A stretch of 64,000 bases of DNA, taken from NCBI GenBank assembly GCA_964016885.1, contig OZ024760.1:12152001-12216000 (forward strand), read 5' to 3'. A program made the translations under genes and the position numbers. How positions within the stretch are numbered: the first letter of the stretch is position 1; every line of letters begins with the position of its first letter. Positions 15,146-29,842 of the stretch are shown here, piece by piece. Below the pieces are notes generated by a model. That model worked only from the letters and a program-made list of their open reading frames with translations. It searched no databases and was not told where the DNA came from. This DNA is from Eledone cirrhosa. Its lineage: Eukaryota.

Positions 15146-16509
15146 TAATTTGTATGTTATTACCGTACAATAATTCCATGCAATAGAAAATGAGAGAGAT
15201 TGAAAATTAGTATCATCTAAAAATAAAGAAATTTCACCTGTGTACACACACAAACACTTTTATTTATATATATAATATATATTATATATATACTACGGAC
15301 AGGTAAACTGAGAGTAATGACAATTTAATATAGGTTATACAAGTGATGTGTACCAAAAACAGGTGTGACTTATTTCTCTCTACAATATCGTACAGGTATT
15401 TGTGTCAGCCATTCATCTCAGGTGGGGGTCAACTATCTAAAACCAGTGAATGCACAGCTGGCCATTACATTGCAATTACAGACATACTCTGCCACAGATA
15501 TCTCTGATATGGCATGGTTGGACTCGCATGTCTTTGTCCTTTCTTCTCTTCTTTTCTGTCATTTTGGAATATTTCTTATTTTTATTTTATCTGGCTTACG
15601 TTATTTCCATTTCGTCACACTATTTAATATAAGTTATTACAATTGAAAATATTTACACTTATGTGTATATATATATATGTATATTTTTATGTTTATGTGC
15701 ATGTGTATATATACACACACACACACATATATACATACATTATATACTATATCCATTATTAAGTATATTATTCTACATACTGTATCAATAATAATGTTAT
15801 CATCTAATATATTTATTTCCAAATATTTTGTTTCAGCAAAACACAGTTTATTACTGGAAATGAAACTAACTTTGAAGATATTTCCTGTCTTTTTATTGAA
15901 AATATTTTTCATTTTAATTCCTATTCCGTCAAAAACTGATTAGAAATTATAAAATAGTATAGTGTTAGAAAGCTGTGCTCCAGCCTGGTCTTGGTTGTGC
16001 TGACTAAAACAAACTAAAGATGAATAAGTTTAGAAGATTCTGATCTTGGAAATTATTGGTGCAATGTCCTGAATTTTATCCCAGGCTTTGATATCTATTT
16101 AACCCTTTTGATACCAAACTACATGAAATTGCCTGTTGGTTCTATGATAAAAAAAACTTTATTTTAAAGTGATTATATTTATCTAAAAACCTCCCTTCAT
16201 AATTTTATGTAAGAACATTTGTTAAGTTATGCTTTAAATATCATCTTAATAATTGTTTCTACATTTGGCACAAGGGCAGCAATTTGAAGGGAAAGGAAAA
16301 GTCGACCAAATTAACCTCTATCTCTCTCCTCTCCACTTCTCTCTCTCCTCTCCCCTTCTCTCTCTCTCCCCCCATCTCTCTATCTATCTCAATGAGACCA
16401 ATATATACAAGATTCTGTCAATATGACTAAAGAGCCTAGTTATTATCGCCTAGAAGTTTATTAGTTAAAGAAAACTAAAACTAACCTCAAAGCCTGCTTA
16501 ATATTTCAG

Positions 16510-16566
16510 ACTCCAAATATTCCAGAACCTCTACAGATCCTTCTTTAAGTTTTTCCAAGCATTCTG
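16510..16566 (+). CDS. Gene 1 exon (DSKYSRTSTDPSLSFSKHS)
   Basis: atatttcag| acceptor, G|gtgagt donor, phase 1-1. Confidence 0.75.
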
Positions 16567-17220
16567 GTGAGTTTTTCATTCCAGTTCTTTATACAAATTT
16601 AAATATCTCATTTCACTTAACCCTTTTGTTTCTATATTTCTGTTGAAAGACATTGCCTAGGATCTTAGAAATCCTTTTGAAAATAATGAAGAATTTGGAA
16701 GAATTCATTATTAGTCATGTAACCAGAACTTATTGGAACTGCTTTTAACAACAACAACAACAACAATCACAAACAAGTGTATGCACACATTTAACCCTTT
16801 CATTGATTGGCAGTATCGGTAGAGTGCCGGACACCATGCTTTGAAGCATAGAGTTACATCCCTTTATGATCTGAGTTCAAATCCCGCCGAGGTTAACTTT
16901 GCCTTTCATCCTTACGGGGTTGATAAAATAAAGTACCAGTAATGCACTGGGGATAATTGCTGGCCTTGTGCCAAAAATAGAAACAATTATTATATTTCTA
17001 AAGGGTGGTGGATTGATAGAGGGTCGGACGCCACAGAGTTACGCCCCTTTATGATCTGAGTTGACAACCTACCGAGGTTAACTTTGCCTTTCATCCTTAC
17101 GGGGTCCATAAAATAAAGTACCAGTAATGCACTGGGATAATTGCTGGCCTTGTGCCAAAAGTAGAAACAATTATATTTCTAAAGAAAGACACTTTTTCTT
17201 CTCTTCTTTTCCCACTTCTT

Positions 17221-19755
17221 CCTGAGAGGGTCGTGGGGGCTGAGTCCTTAAACACTCCCTCCAGTGGGTCCTGTCACAAGCAACCAGGAGGGTCGTGGGG
17301 GCTGAGTCCTTAAACACTCCCTCCAGTGGGTCCTGTCACAAGCAACCAGGAGGGTCGTGGGGGCTGAGTCCTCAAACACTCCCTCCAGCAGGTCCTGTCA
17401 CAAGCAACCAGGAGGGTCGTGGGGGCTGAGTCCTCAAACACTCCCTCCAGCAGGTCCTGTCACAAGCAACCAGAGGGTCGTGGGGGCTGAGTCCTTAAAC
17501 ACTCCCTCCAGTGGGTCCTGTCACAAGCAACCAGAGGGTCGTGGGGGCTGAGTCCTTAAACACTCCCTCCAGTGGGTCCTGTCACAAGCAACCAGGAGGG
17601 TCGTGGGGGCTGAGTCCTCAAACACTCCCTCCAGCAGGTCCTGTCACAAGCAACCAGGAGGGTCGTGGGGGCTGAGTCCTTAAACACTCCCTCCAGTGGG
17701 TCCTGTCACAAGCAACCAGGAGGGTCGTGGGGGCTGAGTCCTCAAACACTCCCTCCAGTGGGTCCTGTCACAAGCAACCAGGAGGGTCGTGGGGGCTGAG
17801 TCCTCAAACACTCCCTCCAGTGGGTCCTGTCACAAGCAACCAGGAGGGTCGTGGGGGCTGAGTCCTCAAACACTCCCTCCAGTGGGTCCTGTCACAAGCA
17901 ACCAGGAGGGTCGTGGGGGCTGAGTCCTTAAACACTCCCTCCAGTGGGTCCTGTCACAAGCAACCAGGAGGGTCGTGGGGGCTGAGTCCTTAAACACTCC
18001 CTCCAGTGGGTCCTGTCACAAGCAACCAGGAGGGTCGTGGGGGCTGAGTCCTCAAACACTCCCTCCAGCAGGTCCTGTCACAAGCAACCAGAGGGTCGTG
18101 GGGGCTGAGTCCTTAAACACTCCCTCCAGTGGGTCCTGTCACAAGCAACCAGGAGGGTCGTGGGGGCTGAGTCCTCAAACACTCCCTCCAGTGGGTCCTG
18201 TCACAAGCAACCAGGAGGGTCGTGGGGGCTGAGTCCTCAAACACTCCCTCCAGTGGGTCCTGTCACAAGCAACCAGAGGGTCGTGGGGGCTGAGTCCTTA
18301 AACACTCCCTCCAGTGGGTCCTGTCACAAGCAACCAGGAGGGTCGTGGGGGCTGAGTCCTCAAACACTCCCTCCAGTGGGTCCTGTCACAAGCAACCAGA
18401 GGGTCGTGGGGGCTGAGTCCTTAAACACTCCCTCCAGTGGGTCCTGTCACAAGCAACCAGAGGGTCGTGGGGGCTGAGTCCTTAAACACTCCCTCCAGTG
18501 GGCCCTGTCAGAAGCAACCAGGAGGGTCGTGGGGGCTGAGTCCTCAAACACTCCCTCCAGTGGGTCCTGTCACAAGCAACCAGGAGGGTCGTGGGGGCTG
18601 AGTCCTCAAACACTCCCTCCAGTGGGTCCTGTCACAAGCAACCAGGAGGGTCGTGGGGGCTGAGTCCTTAAACACTCCCTCCAGTGGGTCCTGTCACAGG
18701 CAACCAGAGGGTCGTGGGGGCTGAGTCCTCAAACACTCCCTCCAGCAGGTCCTGTCACAAGCAACCAGAGGGTCGTGGGGGCTGAGTCCTCAAACACTCC
18801 CTCCAGTGGGTCCTGTCACAAGCAACCAGAGGGTCGTGGGGGCTGAGTCCTCAAACACTCCCTCCAGTGGGTCCTGTCACAAGCAACCAGGAGGGTCGTG
18901 GGGGCTGAGTCCTCAAACACTCCCTCCAGTGGGTCCTGTCACAAGCAACCAGGAGGGTCGTGGGGGCTGAGTCCTCAAACACTCCCTCCAGTGGGTCCTG
19001 TCACAAGCAACCAGGAGGGTCGTGGGGGCTGAGTCCTTAAACACTCCCTCCAGTGGGTCCTGTCACAGGCAACCAGAGGGTCGTGGGGGCTGAGTCCTCA
19101 AACACTCCCTCCAGCAGGTCCTGTCACAAGCAACCAGAGGGTCGTGGGGGCTGAGTCCTCAAACACTCCCTCCAGTGGGTCCTGTCACAAGCAACCAGAG
19201 GGTCGTGGGGGCTGAGTCCTCAAACACTCCCTCCAGCAGGTCCTGTCACAAGCAACCAGAGGGTCGTGGGGGCTGAGTCCTCAAACACTCCCTCCAGTGG
19301 GTCCTGTCACAAGCAACCAGGAGGGTCGTGGGGGCTGAGTCCTCAAACACTCCCTCCAGTGGGTCCTGTCACAAGCAACCAGAGGGTCGTGGGGGCTGAG
19401 TCCTCAAACACTCCCTCCAGCAGGTCCTGGCACAGGCAACCAGAGGGTCGTGGGGGCTGAGTCCTCAAACACTCCCTCCAGTGGGTCCTGTCACAAGCAA
19501 CCAGAGGGTCGTGGGGGCTGAGTCCTCAAACACTCCCTCCAGTGGGTCTTGTCACAGGCAACCAGGAGGGTCGTGGGGGCTGAGTCCTCAAACACTCCCT
19601 CCAGTGGGTCTTGTCACGGCAACCAGGAGGGTCGTGGGGGCTGAGTCCTCAAACACTCCCTCCAGCAGGCCCTGTCAGAAGCAAGTGTCTCCAATTGATC
19701 TGGATGGATCCCCAAAGGAGACCAGTCTACCTCATGGATGTTATCCAACCATAGG
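17221..19755. repeat. ~2.45-kb GC-rich 61/62-bp satellite running into an RTE-like 3' end
   Basis: Unit gagggtcgtgggggctgagtcctcaaacactccctccagtgggtcctgtcacaagcaacca(g). The adjoining - strand reads WLDNIHE...LETLASDRACWR. Unexpanded copies at 38615-38790 and 39620-39780. Confidence 0.92.
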
Positions 19756-20083
19756 GCAAAATACTTTGTGGCAGATAGTTCTGTCCTTTTACCTTCTGAA
19801 TTCAAATCCTGCCAAGGTTAACTTTGTCTTTCGTCCTTACAGGGGTCAATAAAAAAAAAGTACCAGTAATGCACTGGGGTTGATTAAACCCCACCCCCAC
19901 CCCCCAAATTGCTGGCCTTGTGCCTATAGTAGAAATCTTTATTATTGTTATTGACAGAATCCTTAGAATGACCTAAAGTTATCTATTGTTAGATGTTGGT
20001 CAACGCCAATGTCTTTCTTCCCGCCAACGGTTTTTCTGTTTTATTTAATTATATTTGTCTGTTTATTGAATCTTTCTCCTCAG

Positions 20084-20145
20084 ATAAGTATTCAGATTGG
20101 AAGGATTTACGTGATGTAAACAGTCAAAGCAGGAGTTACTATGCT
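20084..20145 (+). CDS. Gene 1 exon (DKYSDWKDLRDVNSQSRSYYA)
   Basis: tctttctcctcag| acceptor, GCT|gtgagt donor, phase 1 to 0. Confidence 0.75.
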
Positions 20146-20216
20146 GTGAGTCTTCTTCGTTATTTCATTAGTTATTGGAGTAATTACTCAACACATTGGA
20201 AAGCAAATCACTTTAA

Positions 20217-22388
20217 CTCTTTAGCATTTACATTACTCCATATATACTATTGTATTTTCACAGTAAAGGCTTTACCTCACATAATATCTCACATACCATT
20301 TACATTACTCCATATATACTATTGTATTTTCACAGTAAATACTTTACCTCACATAATATCTCACATAACATTTACATTACTCCATATATACTATTGTATT
20401 TTCACAGTAAATACTTTACCTCACATAATATCTCACATAGCATTTACATTACTCTATATATACTATTGTATTTTCACAGTAAAGGCTTTACCTCACATAA
20501 TATCTCACATAACATTTACATTACTCTATATATACTATTGTATTTTCACAGTAAAGGCTTTACCTCACATAATATCTCACATACCATTTACATTACTCTA
20601 TATATACTATTGTATTTTCACAGTAAAGGCTTTACCTCACATAATATCTCACATAACATTTACATTACTCCATATATACTATTGTATTTTCACAGTAAAT
20701 ACTTTACCTCACATAATATCTCACATAGCATTTACATTACTCTATATATACTATTGTATTTTCACAGTAAAGGCTTTACCTCACATAATATCTCACATAA
20801 CATTTACATTACTCTATATATACTATTGTATTTTCACAGTAAAGGCTTTACCTCACATAATATCTCACATACCATTTACATTACTCTATATATACTATTG
20901 TATTTTCACAGTAAAGGCTTTACCTCACATAATATCTCACATAACATTTACATTACTCCATATATACTATTGTATTTTCACAGTAAAGGCTTTACCTCAC
21001 ATAATATCTCACACAACATTTACATTACTCTATATATACTATTGTATTTTCACAGTAAAGACTTTACCTCACATAATATCTCACACAACATTTACAATAC
21101 TCTATATATACTATTGTATTTTCACAGTAAAGACTTTACCTCACATAATATCTCACACAACATTTACAATACTCTATATATACTATTGTATTTTCACAGT
21201 AAAGACTTTACCTCACATAATATCTCACATAACATTTACATTACTCTATATATACTATTGTATTTTCACAGTAAAGACTTTACCTCACATAATATCTCAC
21301 ATAACATTTACATTACTCTATATATACTATTGTATTTTCACAGTAAAGGCTTTACCTCACATAATATCTCACATAACATTTACATTACTCTATATATACT
21401 ATTGTATTTTCACAGTAAAGGCTTTACCTCACATAATATCTCACATACCATTTACATTACTCTATATATACTATTGTATTTTCACAGTAAAGGCTTTACC
21501 TCACATAATATCTCACATAACATTTACATTACTCTATATATACTATTGTATTTTCACAGTAAAGGCTTTACCTCACATAATATCTCACATAACATTTACA
21601 CTACTCTATATATACTATTGTATTTTCACAGTAAAGGCTTTATCTCACATAATATCTCACATAACATTTACATTACTCTATATATACTATTGTATTGTCA
21701 CAGTAAAGGCTTTACCTCACATAATATCTCACATAACATTTACATTACTCTATATATACTATTGTATTTTCACAGTAAAGTCTTTATCTCACATAATATC
21801 TCACATAACATTTACATTACTCTATATATACTATTGTATTTTCACAGTAAAGTCTTTATCTCACATAATATCTCACATAACATTTACATTATATATACTA
21901 TTGTATTTTCACAGTAAAGTCTTTATCTCACATAATATCTCACATAACATTTACATTACTCTATATATACTATTGTATTTTCACAGTAAAGTCTTTATCT
22001 CACATAACATTTACATTACTCTATATATACTATTGTATTGTCACAGTAAAGTCTTTATCTCACATAATATCTCACATAACATTTACATTACTCTATATAT
22101 ACTATTGTATTTTCACAGTAAAGTCTTTATCTCACATAATATCTCACATAACATTTACATTACTCTATATATACTATTGTATTTTCACAGTAAAGTCTTT
22201 ATCTCACATAATATCTCACATAACATTTACATTACTCTATATATACTATTGTATTTTCACAGTAAAGTCTTTATCTCACATAACATTGTATCTATGAGAT
22301 TTTCATATGAGTGGCCAGTTACAGCTGGTTAGAACAGAAAGAGGTGAGGGAATTTTGGCCAGATATGGCCTGTTTAAATGCTAAAGAG
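20217..22388 (+). mobile_element. piggyBac-type MITE with ~2-kb internal 72-bp array
   Basis: TTAA|CTCTTTAGCATTTA ... TAAATGCTAAAGAG|TTAA. The array explains the 779-aa and 555-aa pseudo-ORFs. Confidence 0.8.
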
Positions 22389-22474
22389 TTAATCAATAAT
22401 TATTGAAGAAATCAATAACATATGACTTATTTGATAACTTGTCGTTCAATGTGGTATTTCTATTTATTGATTAG

Positions 22475-22682
22475 CTTGACTCTAAATCTGATGTTAGTCC
22501 ACACCGAGAGAGTGGGCGAAGTTATGGACATGCATCGAATCGGCCAGCTTTATTGAAAACTCCTCCAGTGGGGGTCCGAGGCCGTGCAAGTATCCTGAGG
22601 GGTGGTTTCAGAGCAAGACCCGTTAGTGGAAGGTTTCGCAACCAAATTCGTGGATCATTAAGCAGAAGGGGCCGTGGCAGAG
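22475..22682 (+). CDS. Gene 1 exon with RG/RGG-rich region (LDSKSDVSPHRESGRS...GVRGRASILRGGFRARPVSGRFRNQIRGSLSRRGRGR)
   Basis: tttattgattag| acceptor, G|gtaagg donor, phase 0 to 1, open RG-rich frame. Confidence 0.85.
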
Positions 22683-22718
22683 GTAAGGCTATATATATAT
22701 AAATGTGTGTGTATATAA

Positions 22719-22813
22719 TGGTGTCCCCCAAAAATATATACACGCTTCAACAGCATTCTAATAAATATTACCTGTACAAGTAATGAAAGTGTGTATACAT
22801 TTTTGGGGACACC

Positions 22814-22816
<3 letters not shown>
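22719..22816. mobile_element. Tc1/mariner-type MITE
   Basis: TIRs ggtgtcccccaaaaatatatacac / gtgtatacatttttggggacaccctg in TA context. Confidence 0.65.
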
Positions 22817-22875
<59 letters not shown>

Positions 22876-23274
22876 ATATATGTATGTATTGTTTTTATTC
22901 AACTTACAATTTTTTCCTTCCCTTTCTCTCCTCTCTCTTCCTCCCCACTCTCTCCTGCATTATAATATTACACTCTTCCTCTCTCTCTTGCATTTTGACA
23001 GTATCGGTAGAGAGTCGGACACCATGCTTTGCAGCATAGAGTTACGGCCCTTTATGGTCTAATTTCAAATCCCGCCGAGTTTAACTTTGCCTTTCATCCT
23101 TACAAGTTTGATAAAATAAAGTACCAGTAATGTACTGGGGATAATTGCTGGCCTTGTGCCAAAAGTAGAAACAATTATATTTCTCTCTCTTCCTCTCCTT
23201 CTCTCTTGCATTATAATGTTACTCTCTCTCTCTCTCTCTCAATATAGTAAACCTCTTATTTTATTATTTTCCAG

Positions 23275-23345
23275 TTGGTTCATCCGCCAGTTACAGTTCC
23301 AGTCACTTCCATAAATCTGAAGGGAAAATATCCCACACATCTTAA
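23275..23345 (+). CDS. Gene 1 terminal coding exon (VGSSASYSSSHFHKSEGKISHTS*)
   Basis: ttattttccag| acceptor, phase 1, TAA at 23343-23345, AATAAA at 23395-23400 and ~23490. Confidence 0.75.
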
Positions 23346-26159
23346 ACTGTTTGTTTAACTTTTAATTTTTTTTTTTTTTTTTTTTTCGTTTTTAAATAAA
23401 ATGTTTTTCTTAATAAGCATGGAAAACTGTTAGAGTTGAAATGTGTTTTATATTTTTGCTTTGATTTGTATATTTCTGATTACAAATGGAATAAAAGACA
23501 TCCTAAACAAAGCTGCTTTGATTAATCTTAAAATATTAGTTTTACCTGTGTGTTTTACCTTTGTTTATTTTACTTGAATTGTAATAATGATCTCTGTTGG
23601 CGTTTCTTCACCTAGTGAGGGCATGTGGTCAAGTGGTTAGGGTGTTGGACTCACAATCAATAGGTTGTGGGTTCGATTCCTGGAGCAGGACAAGATAATA
23701 AAGCTAGATACTTTATTTCATGTGGCTCTTTCTATCGGGACTTGCAACTGGCAGATAGTATCAGCAATGTGGCTTTGTGTTGATAAAATGCACCCAGTAC
23801 ACTCTGTAAAGGACATTCTGATATACAAATTATGCCAAACAAAATGTTGAGAGAACTTTGGTTGTTTCGAGGACATGATAACCACCCTACTACTGCCACA
23901 ATAAAATGCACCGAGTACACTCTGTAAAGTGGTTGGAGATAGGAAGTGAATTCAGCTTGACTGGTTACATTACCATGCTTTGCTCATATGATCCATTTCT
24001 ATGACAGGATGTTCTTACTAACCTCTACCACTTGAGATTCCAGCACCAACACCACCAGCACCACTACCACCAGCACCACTACCTCCAACACCAACACCAC
24101 CAGCACCACTACCTCCAACACCACCAACACCACCAGCACCACTACCACTTCACAGGTAAACAAAATCAAAACGATGGGGAGACTGAGGAGGCCACAGAAT
24201 TTGTTATGAAACCGAACTGGTTTGTGTTTTATTTTGGGGGGGGGGGGGGAGTATGACCCTCCTGAAATATAACCTCTTTCAAAACATAATTTCACATCAA
24301 GAATCTAGCAAAACAAGTAAAAAAATAAGTACACACACACATAGATACATGTATATACATATATACACATATATGTGTGTATGTTATATACATATAATAT
24401 ACACATATGTGTGTATGTTATATACATATATACACATATATGTGTGTATGTATGTATGTATATATATATATATATATACATATATACAGTGGCACCTTGA
24501 TTCATTCCCGAAGGCTGTTTGTCAAACATGGTGTAGGAGAGACACAAAAGAAGAAATCAGTCACTGAGGAGGTCACAATATGTGACGAAAGAACTTTGAC
24601 AATATATAAACAACCAGCCTGAAATTTGTAATAAATTGATGTGAAAACCAACAGGTGTGTATGTGTTTTTATTGGCAACATAACCCTCCCAAAGTATAAC
24701 AATATAGATATGGATCCATAACGCCGTAGAGTTTCTACAGGGAGTGGAAGTAAGAAAGAGACATTAAATTAGATTTGACCCCAGTACTGGCAGGATTTTA
24801 CATGACGTATGTATTATTATGGTTAATGAGAGGGCGGTGGATAGACAATAATCGGTGGAGCTTCACACTCATTTCTTGTTAAGTTAATAAGGATCTGGAC
24901 TACATTTGATGTAATTATTAAGAGAGGGTCTGAACAAACCCAAGTGCTGGGTCGATATATCTGACGTTACCCTCTCAACAAATTGCTGGCCTTGTGTCTA
25001 AATTAAGAATATTTGTTCGAATAGAAAATGCAGGGGATTCGCAGAATCGTTAGAGCGTCGGGCGATATAATTTGCGGCTCTTTACCTTCTGAGTTAACAT
25101 CCCAATGAGGTCAACTTTGCCTTTGTCTTTCATTTTTTCTTCGGGCAGAACTGCGGGAGTGTTACCCCTTAGGGAGATGTGTTGAAAGAGCCAGGTTAAC
25201 TTATGGGGGGCTCACTCTTGCGGAATCGGTGGAGGTTCGAAGAAAAAAAAACCTTCTCGACGAGAAAACTATCTGCTGTATATTAGATCGGTATCTCGTG
25301 GTGCTTTAGTACATGATCAAGTAAAAATGTAATCAAAGACATTCTAGCCGTGACCATCCAGTCTTTTTTAATTTTTACATATTTAATGTGAGATGTTATC
25401 TAATAAACTCCGCCACCACCGGTAAAAAAAACTCCAGCGTTATCACTTAGAGTTAGGTCCCTTAGTTAAAATGGCCGTTTTTGCTGAATGCTGTTTATAT
25501 CCTTTCTCCACTGTTGCTCTTTTGGTAGGTTCACGATGTTTTATTTACCTTATTTTCAATTGCCGACTTATGCATACAATTATGGTAGGTCTTTATACAC
25601 CTATATCATAAAATTCCTCGAATGTCGGCCTGTTCTATAGGCTCTGCTGTTTAAATGTCGCCAGTTCTTGGAACCTATGGCTCTATCGTGGTGGCGGTTT
25701 CATATCTGTCTTTATAACAGTTTGTTATCACTGTAGTTTCTTTGTTCCTCTTTCTTCTAGAATATCCTATAATAAAAGTGTTATATTTTTTAAAGGTGGG
25801 AACTGAAGTAAAGTAAATGAACACAATTATAATTGTAGCAAATATTATTTCGGAATGGGCAGTACAGGTATTTTAGAAATACTAAAACATGAAATTATTA
25901 TTTTAATATTTTATTCAGTTGTATAAATAACATTACAAATATGTTTTAAATATATACATAAATAACATTATAAATGCGTAAATAACATTATAAATTGTTG
26001 GCAGTTCGTTCAGAAGAACATTAGAAAGATTAAACATTAAAAAAATGGTAAAGCAAATACTTTTGTTTTTATGTACATTTTGAAAACCTTTTGCTCGAGT
26101 ATTCTACAATAAAACCGTTTATAATTATTTAATATCCTTTGTGTTGTTTTAATATATAA

Positions 26160-28018
26160 ATTCTGTTGTATATTAGTGGTAGTTAATTTGATAATAAATA
26201 CAGAGATATATAATATAGTGGCAGTTTATTTAAACAGACCTGTAGAATTAAACAAATTCTGTTATATATTAGTGGTAGTTAATTTGATAATAAATACACA
26301 TATATATGATATAGTGGCAGTTTATTTAATAATAAATACACATATATATGATATAGTGGCAGTTTATTTAATAATAAATACACATATATATGATATAGTG
26401 GCAGTTTATTTAATAATAAATACACATATATATGATATAGTGGCAGTTTATTTAATAATAAATACTCATATATATGATATAGTGGCAGTATATTTAATAA
26501 TAAATACATATATATATGGTATAGTGGCAGTATATTTAATAATAAATACATATATATGATATAGTGGCAGTTTATTTAATAAATACACATATATATGATA
26601 TAGTGGCAGTTTATTTAATAATAAATACTCATATATATGATATAGTGGCAGTTTATTTAATAATAAATACACATATGATATAGTGGCAGTATATTTAATA
26701 ATAAATACACATATATATGATATAGTGGCAGTTTATTTAATAATAAATACACATATATATGATATAGTGGCAGTTTATTTAATAATAAATACACATATAT
26801 ATGATATAGTGGCAGTTTATTTAATAATAAATACACATATATATGATATAGTGGCAGTTTATTTAATAAATACACATATATATGATATAGTGGCAGTTAA
26901 TTTGATAATAAATACACATATATATGATATAGTGGCAGTTTATTTAATAAATACACATATATATGATATAGTGGCAGTTTATTTAATAATAAATACACAT
27001 ATATATGATATAGTGGCAGTTTATTTAATAATAAATACACATATATATGATATAGTGGCAGTTTATTTAATAATAAATACACATATATATGATATAGTGG
27101 CAGTTTATTTAATAATAAATACACATATATATGATATAGTGGCAGTTTATTTAATAATAAATACACATATATATGATATAGTGGCAGTTTATTTAATAAT
27201 AAATACACATATATATGATATAGTGGCAGTTTATTTAATAATAAATACACATATATATGGTATAGTGGCAGTATATTTAATAATAAATACATATATATGA
27301 TATAGTGGCAGTTTATTTAATAAATACACATATATATGATATAGTGGCAGTTTATTTAATAATAAATACTCATATATATGATATAGTGGCAGTTTATTTA
27401 ATAATAAATACACATATGATATAGTGGCAGTATATTTAATAATAAATACACATATATATGATATAGTGGCAGTTTATTTAATAATAAATACACATATATG
27501 ATATAGTGGCAGTTTATTTAATAATAAATACACATATATATGATATAGTGGCAGTATATTTAATAATAAATACACATATATATGATATAGTGGCAGTTTA
27601 TTTAATAATAAATACACATATATATGATATAGTGGCAGTATATTTAATAATAAATACACATATATATGATATAGTGGCAGTATATTTAATAATAAATACA
27701 CATATATATGGTATAGTGGCAGTATATTTAATAATAAATACACATATATATGATATAGTGGCAGTTTATTTAATAATAAATACACATATATATGATATAG
27801 TGGCAGTTTATTTAATAATAAATACACATATGATATAGTGGCAGTATATTTAATAATAAATACACATATATATGATATAGTGGCAGTTTATTTAATAATA
27901 AATACACATATATATGATATAGTGGCAGTTTATTTAATAAATACACATATATATGATATAGTGGCAGTATATTTAATAATAAATACACATATATATGATA
28001 TAGTGGCAGTTTATTTAA
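26160..28018. repeat. 42-bp AT-rich minisatellite
   Basis: Unit atatagtggcagtttatttaataataaatacacatatatatg. Confidence 0.95.
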
Positions 28019-29055
28019 AGGGAGCTATAGAATTAAACTGTCAACTTCAGAGTTTGGTGCTCGTGGTCGAAACAGACTCTGTTAGTTTCAAAATAACGGT
28101 AAGTTGTGATACTTTCTAAAACATGTTAGATAGAAATTTACTTTGTTTTATGATATATTAATTAAATTAATTAATTAAATAAAATAATTAAATAAAATAA
28201 ATATATTTGTGAAAACCTTTAATTTTTATAAATTCTTTTTCTTTATTGAACAAATCGTGTTTTCTATTTTGTTAAAATGTTAAACAGAAAAAAAAGACGA
28301 AATGTATTGAGTTTATACACTTTAACTGTGTATATATATAGTTTATAGTTATATAGATTGTATATATATATAGTTATATAGACTGTGTATATATATTGTA
28401 TAATTAGTGTGAGTATATAGAACGCTATCTTCCTCAGTTTGTGTATATGCCTGTGTGTATATACACACACACGCCGCTACATGCTGTTCTTTGTGTATAT
28501 ATACTCACTTTGTTTATACACCGCTACGTACCTCAATTTGTGTATATACTTATTGTATAGATACAGTATATATATATACAATACTATATACTTGTGTAAC
28601 CTCTATATATACAGGTAGTGTATACACGCCAACGTGCCTTAGTTAGTTATATATATATACACCACTACACGTTTTGTTTTGTATATATCTACTGTGTATA
28701 AACAGCTATATACTTAGGTAGCCTCTGTATATACACACAGTCTGTGTATATACACTTGGTCTATGTGTATACACGCCAACATGCCTTAGTTTTCTCTCTA
28801 TCTCTCTATATATATATACATACATACACACACCGCTACATACCTTGTTTTGTGTATATATTCTAGTATATACACCCAGTTTATAGGTATACACTACAAG
28901 GTGCCTTAATGTGTGTACATACCGTTTAATTTATATACACACCGCTATAGCCTTTCATTGTGTATATACACTACTATATATTTATGTAGCATCTGTATAT
29001 ACACTTAGTTTGTGTAGATACGGCCATGTGCCTTAGTGAATGTGTACATACGTTG

Positions 29056-29092
<37 letters not shown>

Positions 29093-29104
29093 TATGCCTT
29101 GCTT

Positions 29105-29375
29105 TGTGTATATACACGGCTACATATTTATGTAGCCTCTGTATATACACGGCTATATATTTATGTAGTCTCTGTATATACACTTAGTTTGTATATATAC
29201 ACGGCTATATATTTATGTAGCCTCTGTATGTACACTTAGTTTGTATATATACACGGCTATATATTTATGTAGCCTCTGTATATACACTTAGTTTGTATAT
29301 ATACACGGCTATATATTTATGTAGCCTCTGTATATACACTTAGTTTGTATATATACACGGCTATATATTTATGTA
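29105..29375. repeat. ~52-bp tandem repeat within a degenerate (TA/CA)-rich tract 28300-29490
   Basis: Unit tatatacacggctatatatttatgtagcctctgtatatacacttagtttgta. Confidence 0.8.
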
Positions 29376-29842
29376 TGTGTACCGTTACATACCTTGCTTT
29401 GCGTATATACCCTAGTATATATTTACTGCGTATATACCCTAGTATATACCCTACTATGCATTCTAGTTTCTGTTTATATATATCGCTATATACTTAATAT
29501 TTAACATGTTTCAGTAAACTGCTACAATTGGAAGTAATACAAAGACTTTTCCGCCATGACCATCCAGTCAATATATGGTTTCTTATAATAATAAATATTT
29601 TAATAAAATTCATTGAATATATATTTTTGAAATGATTTCTGTAAATAGTCTGAAAGTAGGGTGAAGCACATGTCACGTACTTTAGACTTTAATATAGCTG
29701 TTTGTTATATTGGGTAAGTGTCTTTTACTATAACTGTAGGCACTGTGTAGGCATAGCCAGTGTGTGTTCTGCCCAGAGCAGTCCTTCAGTTTGTTGTTCC
29801 CGGGTCCCATAAATAATACATATTGCTCTTTATAGATATAGG

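Noticed and set aside
19993-22332. 779-aa and 555-aa ORFs (and similar ORFs at 1781-2256, 34547-34861, 36903-38332)
   Set aside because: Stop-free frames of 72/60-bp tandem arrays inside MITEs within introns. Only 20084-20145 is a real exon.
24032-24256. His/Gln-rich ORF (also poly-Met/Val ORF 1263-1457 and Thr/Asn ORFs 14508-14779)
   Set aside because: Trinucleotide microsatellite tracts without splice support.
28050-28104. Possible non-coding first exon of fukutin (ttcag|...ACG|gtaagt), also a donor-like site at 29713
   Set aside because: Splice-like signals only. No independent evidence to choose among candidates.
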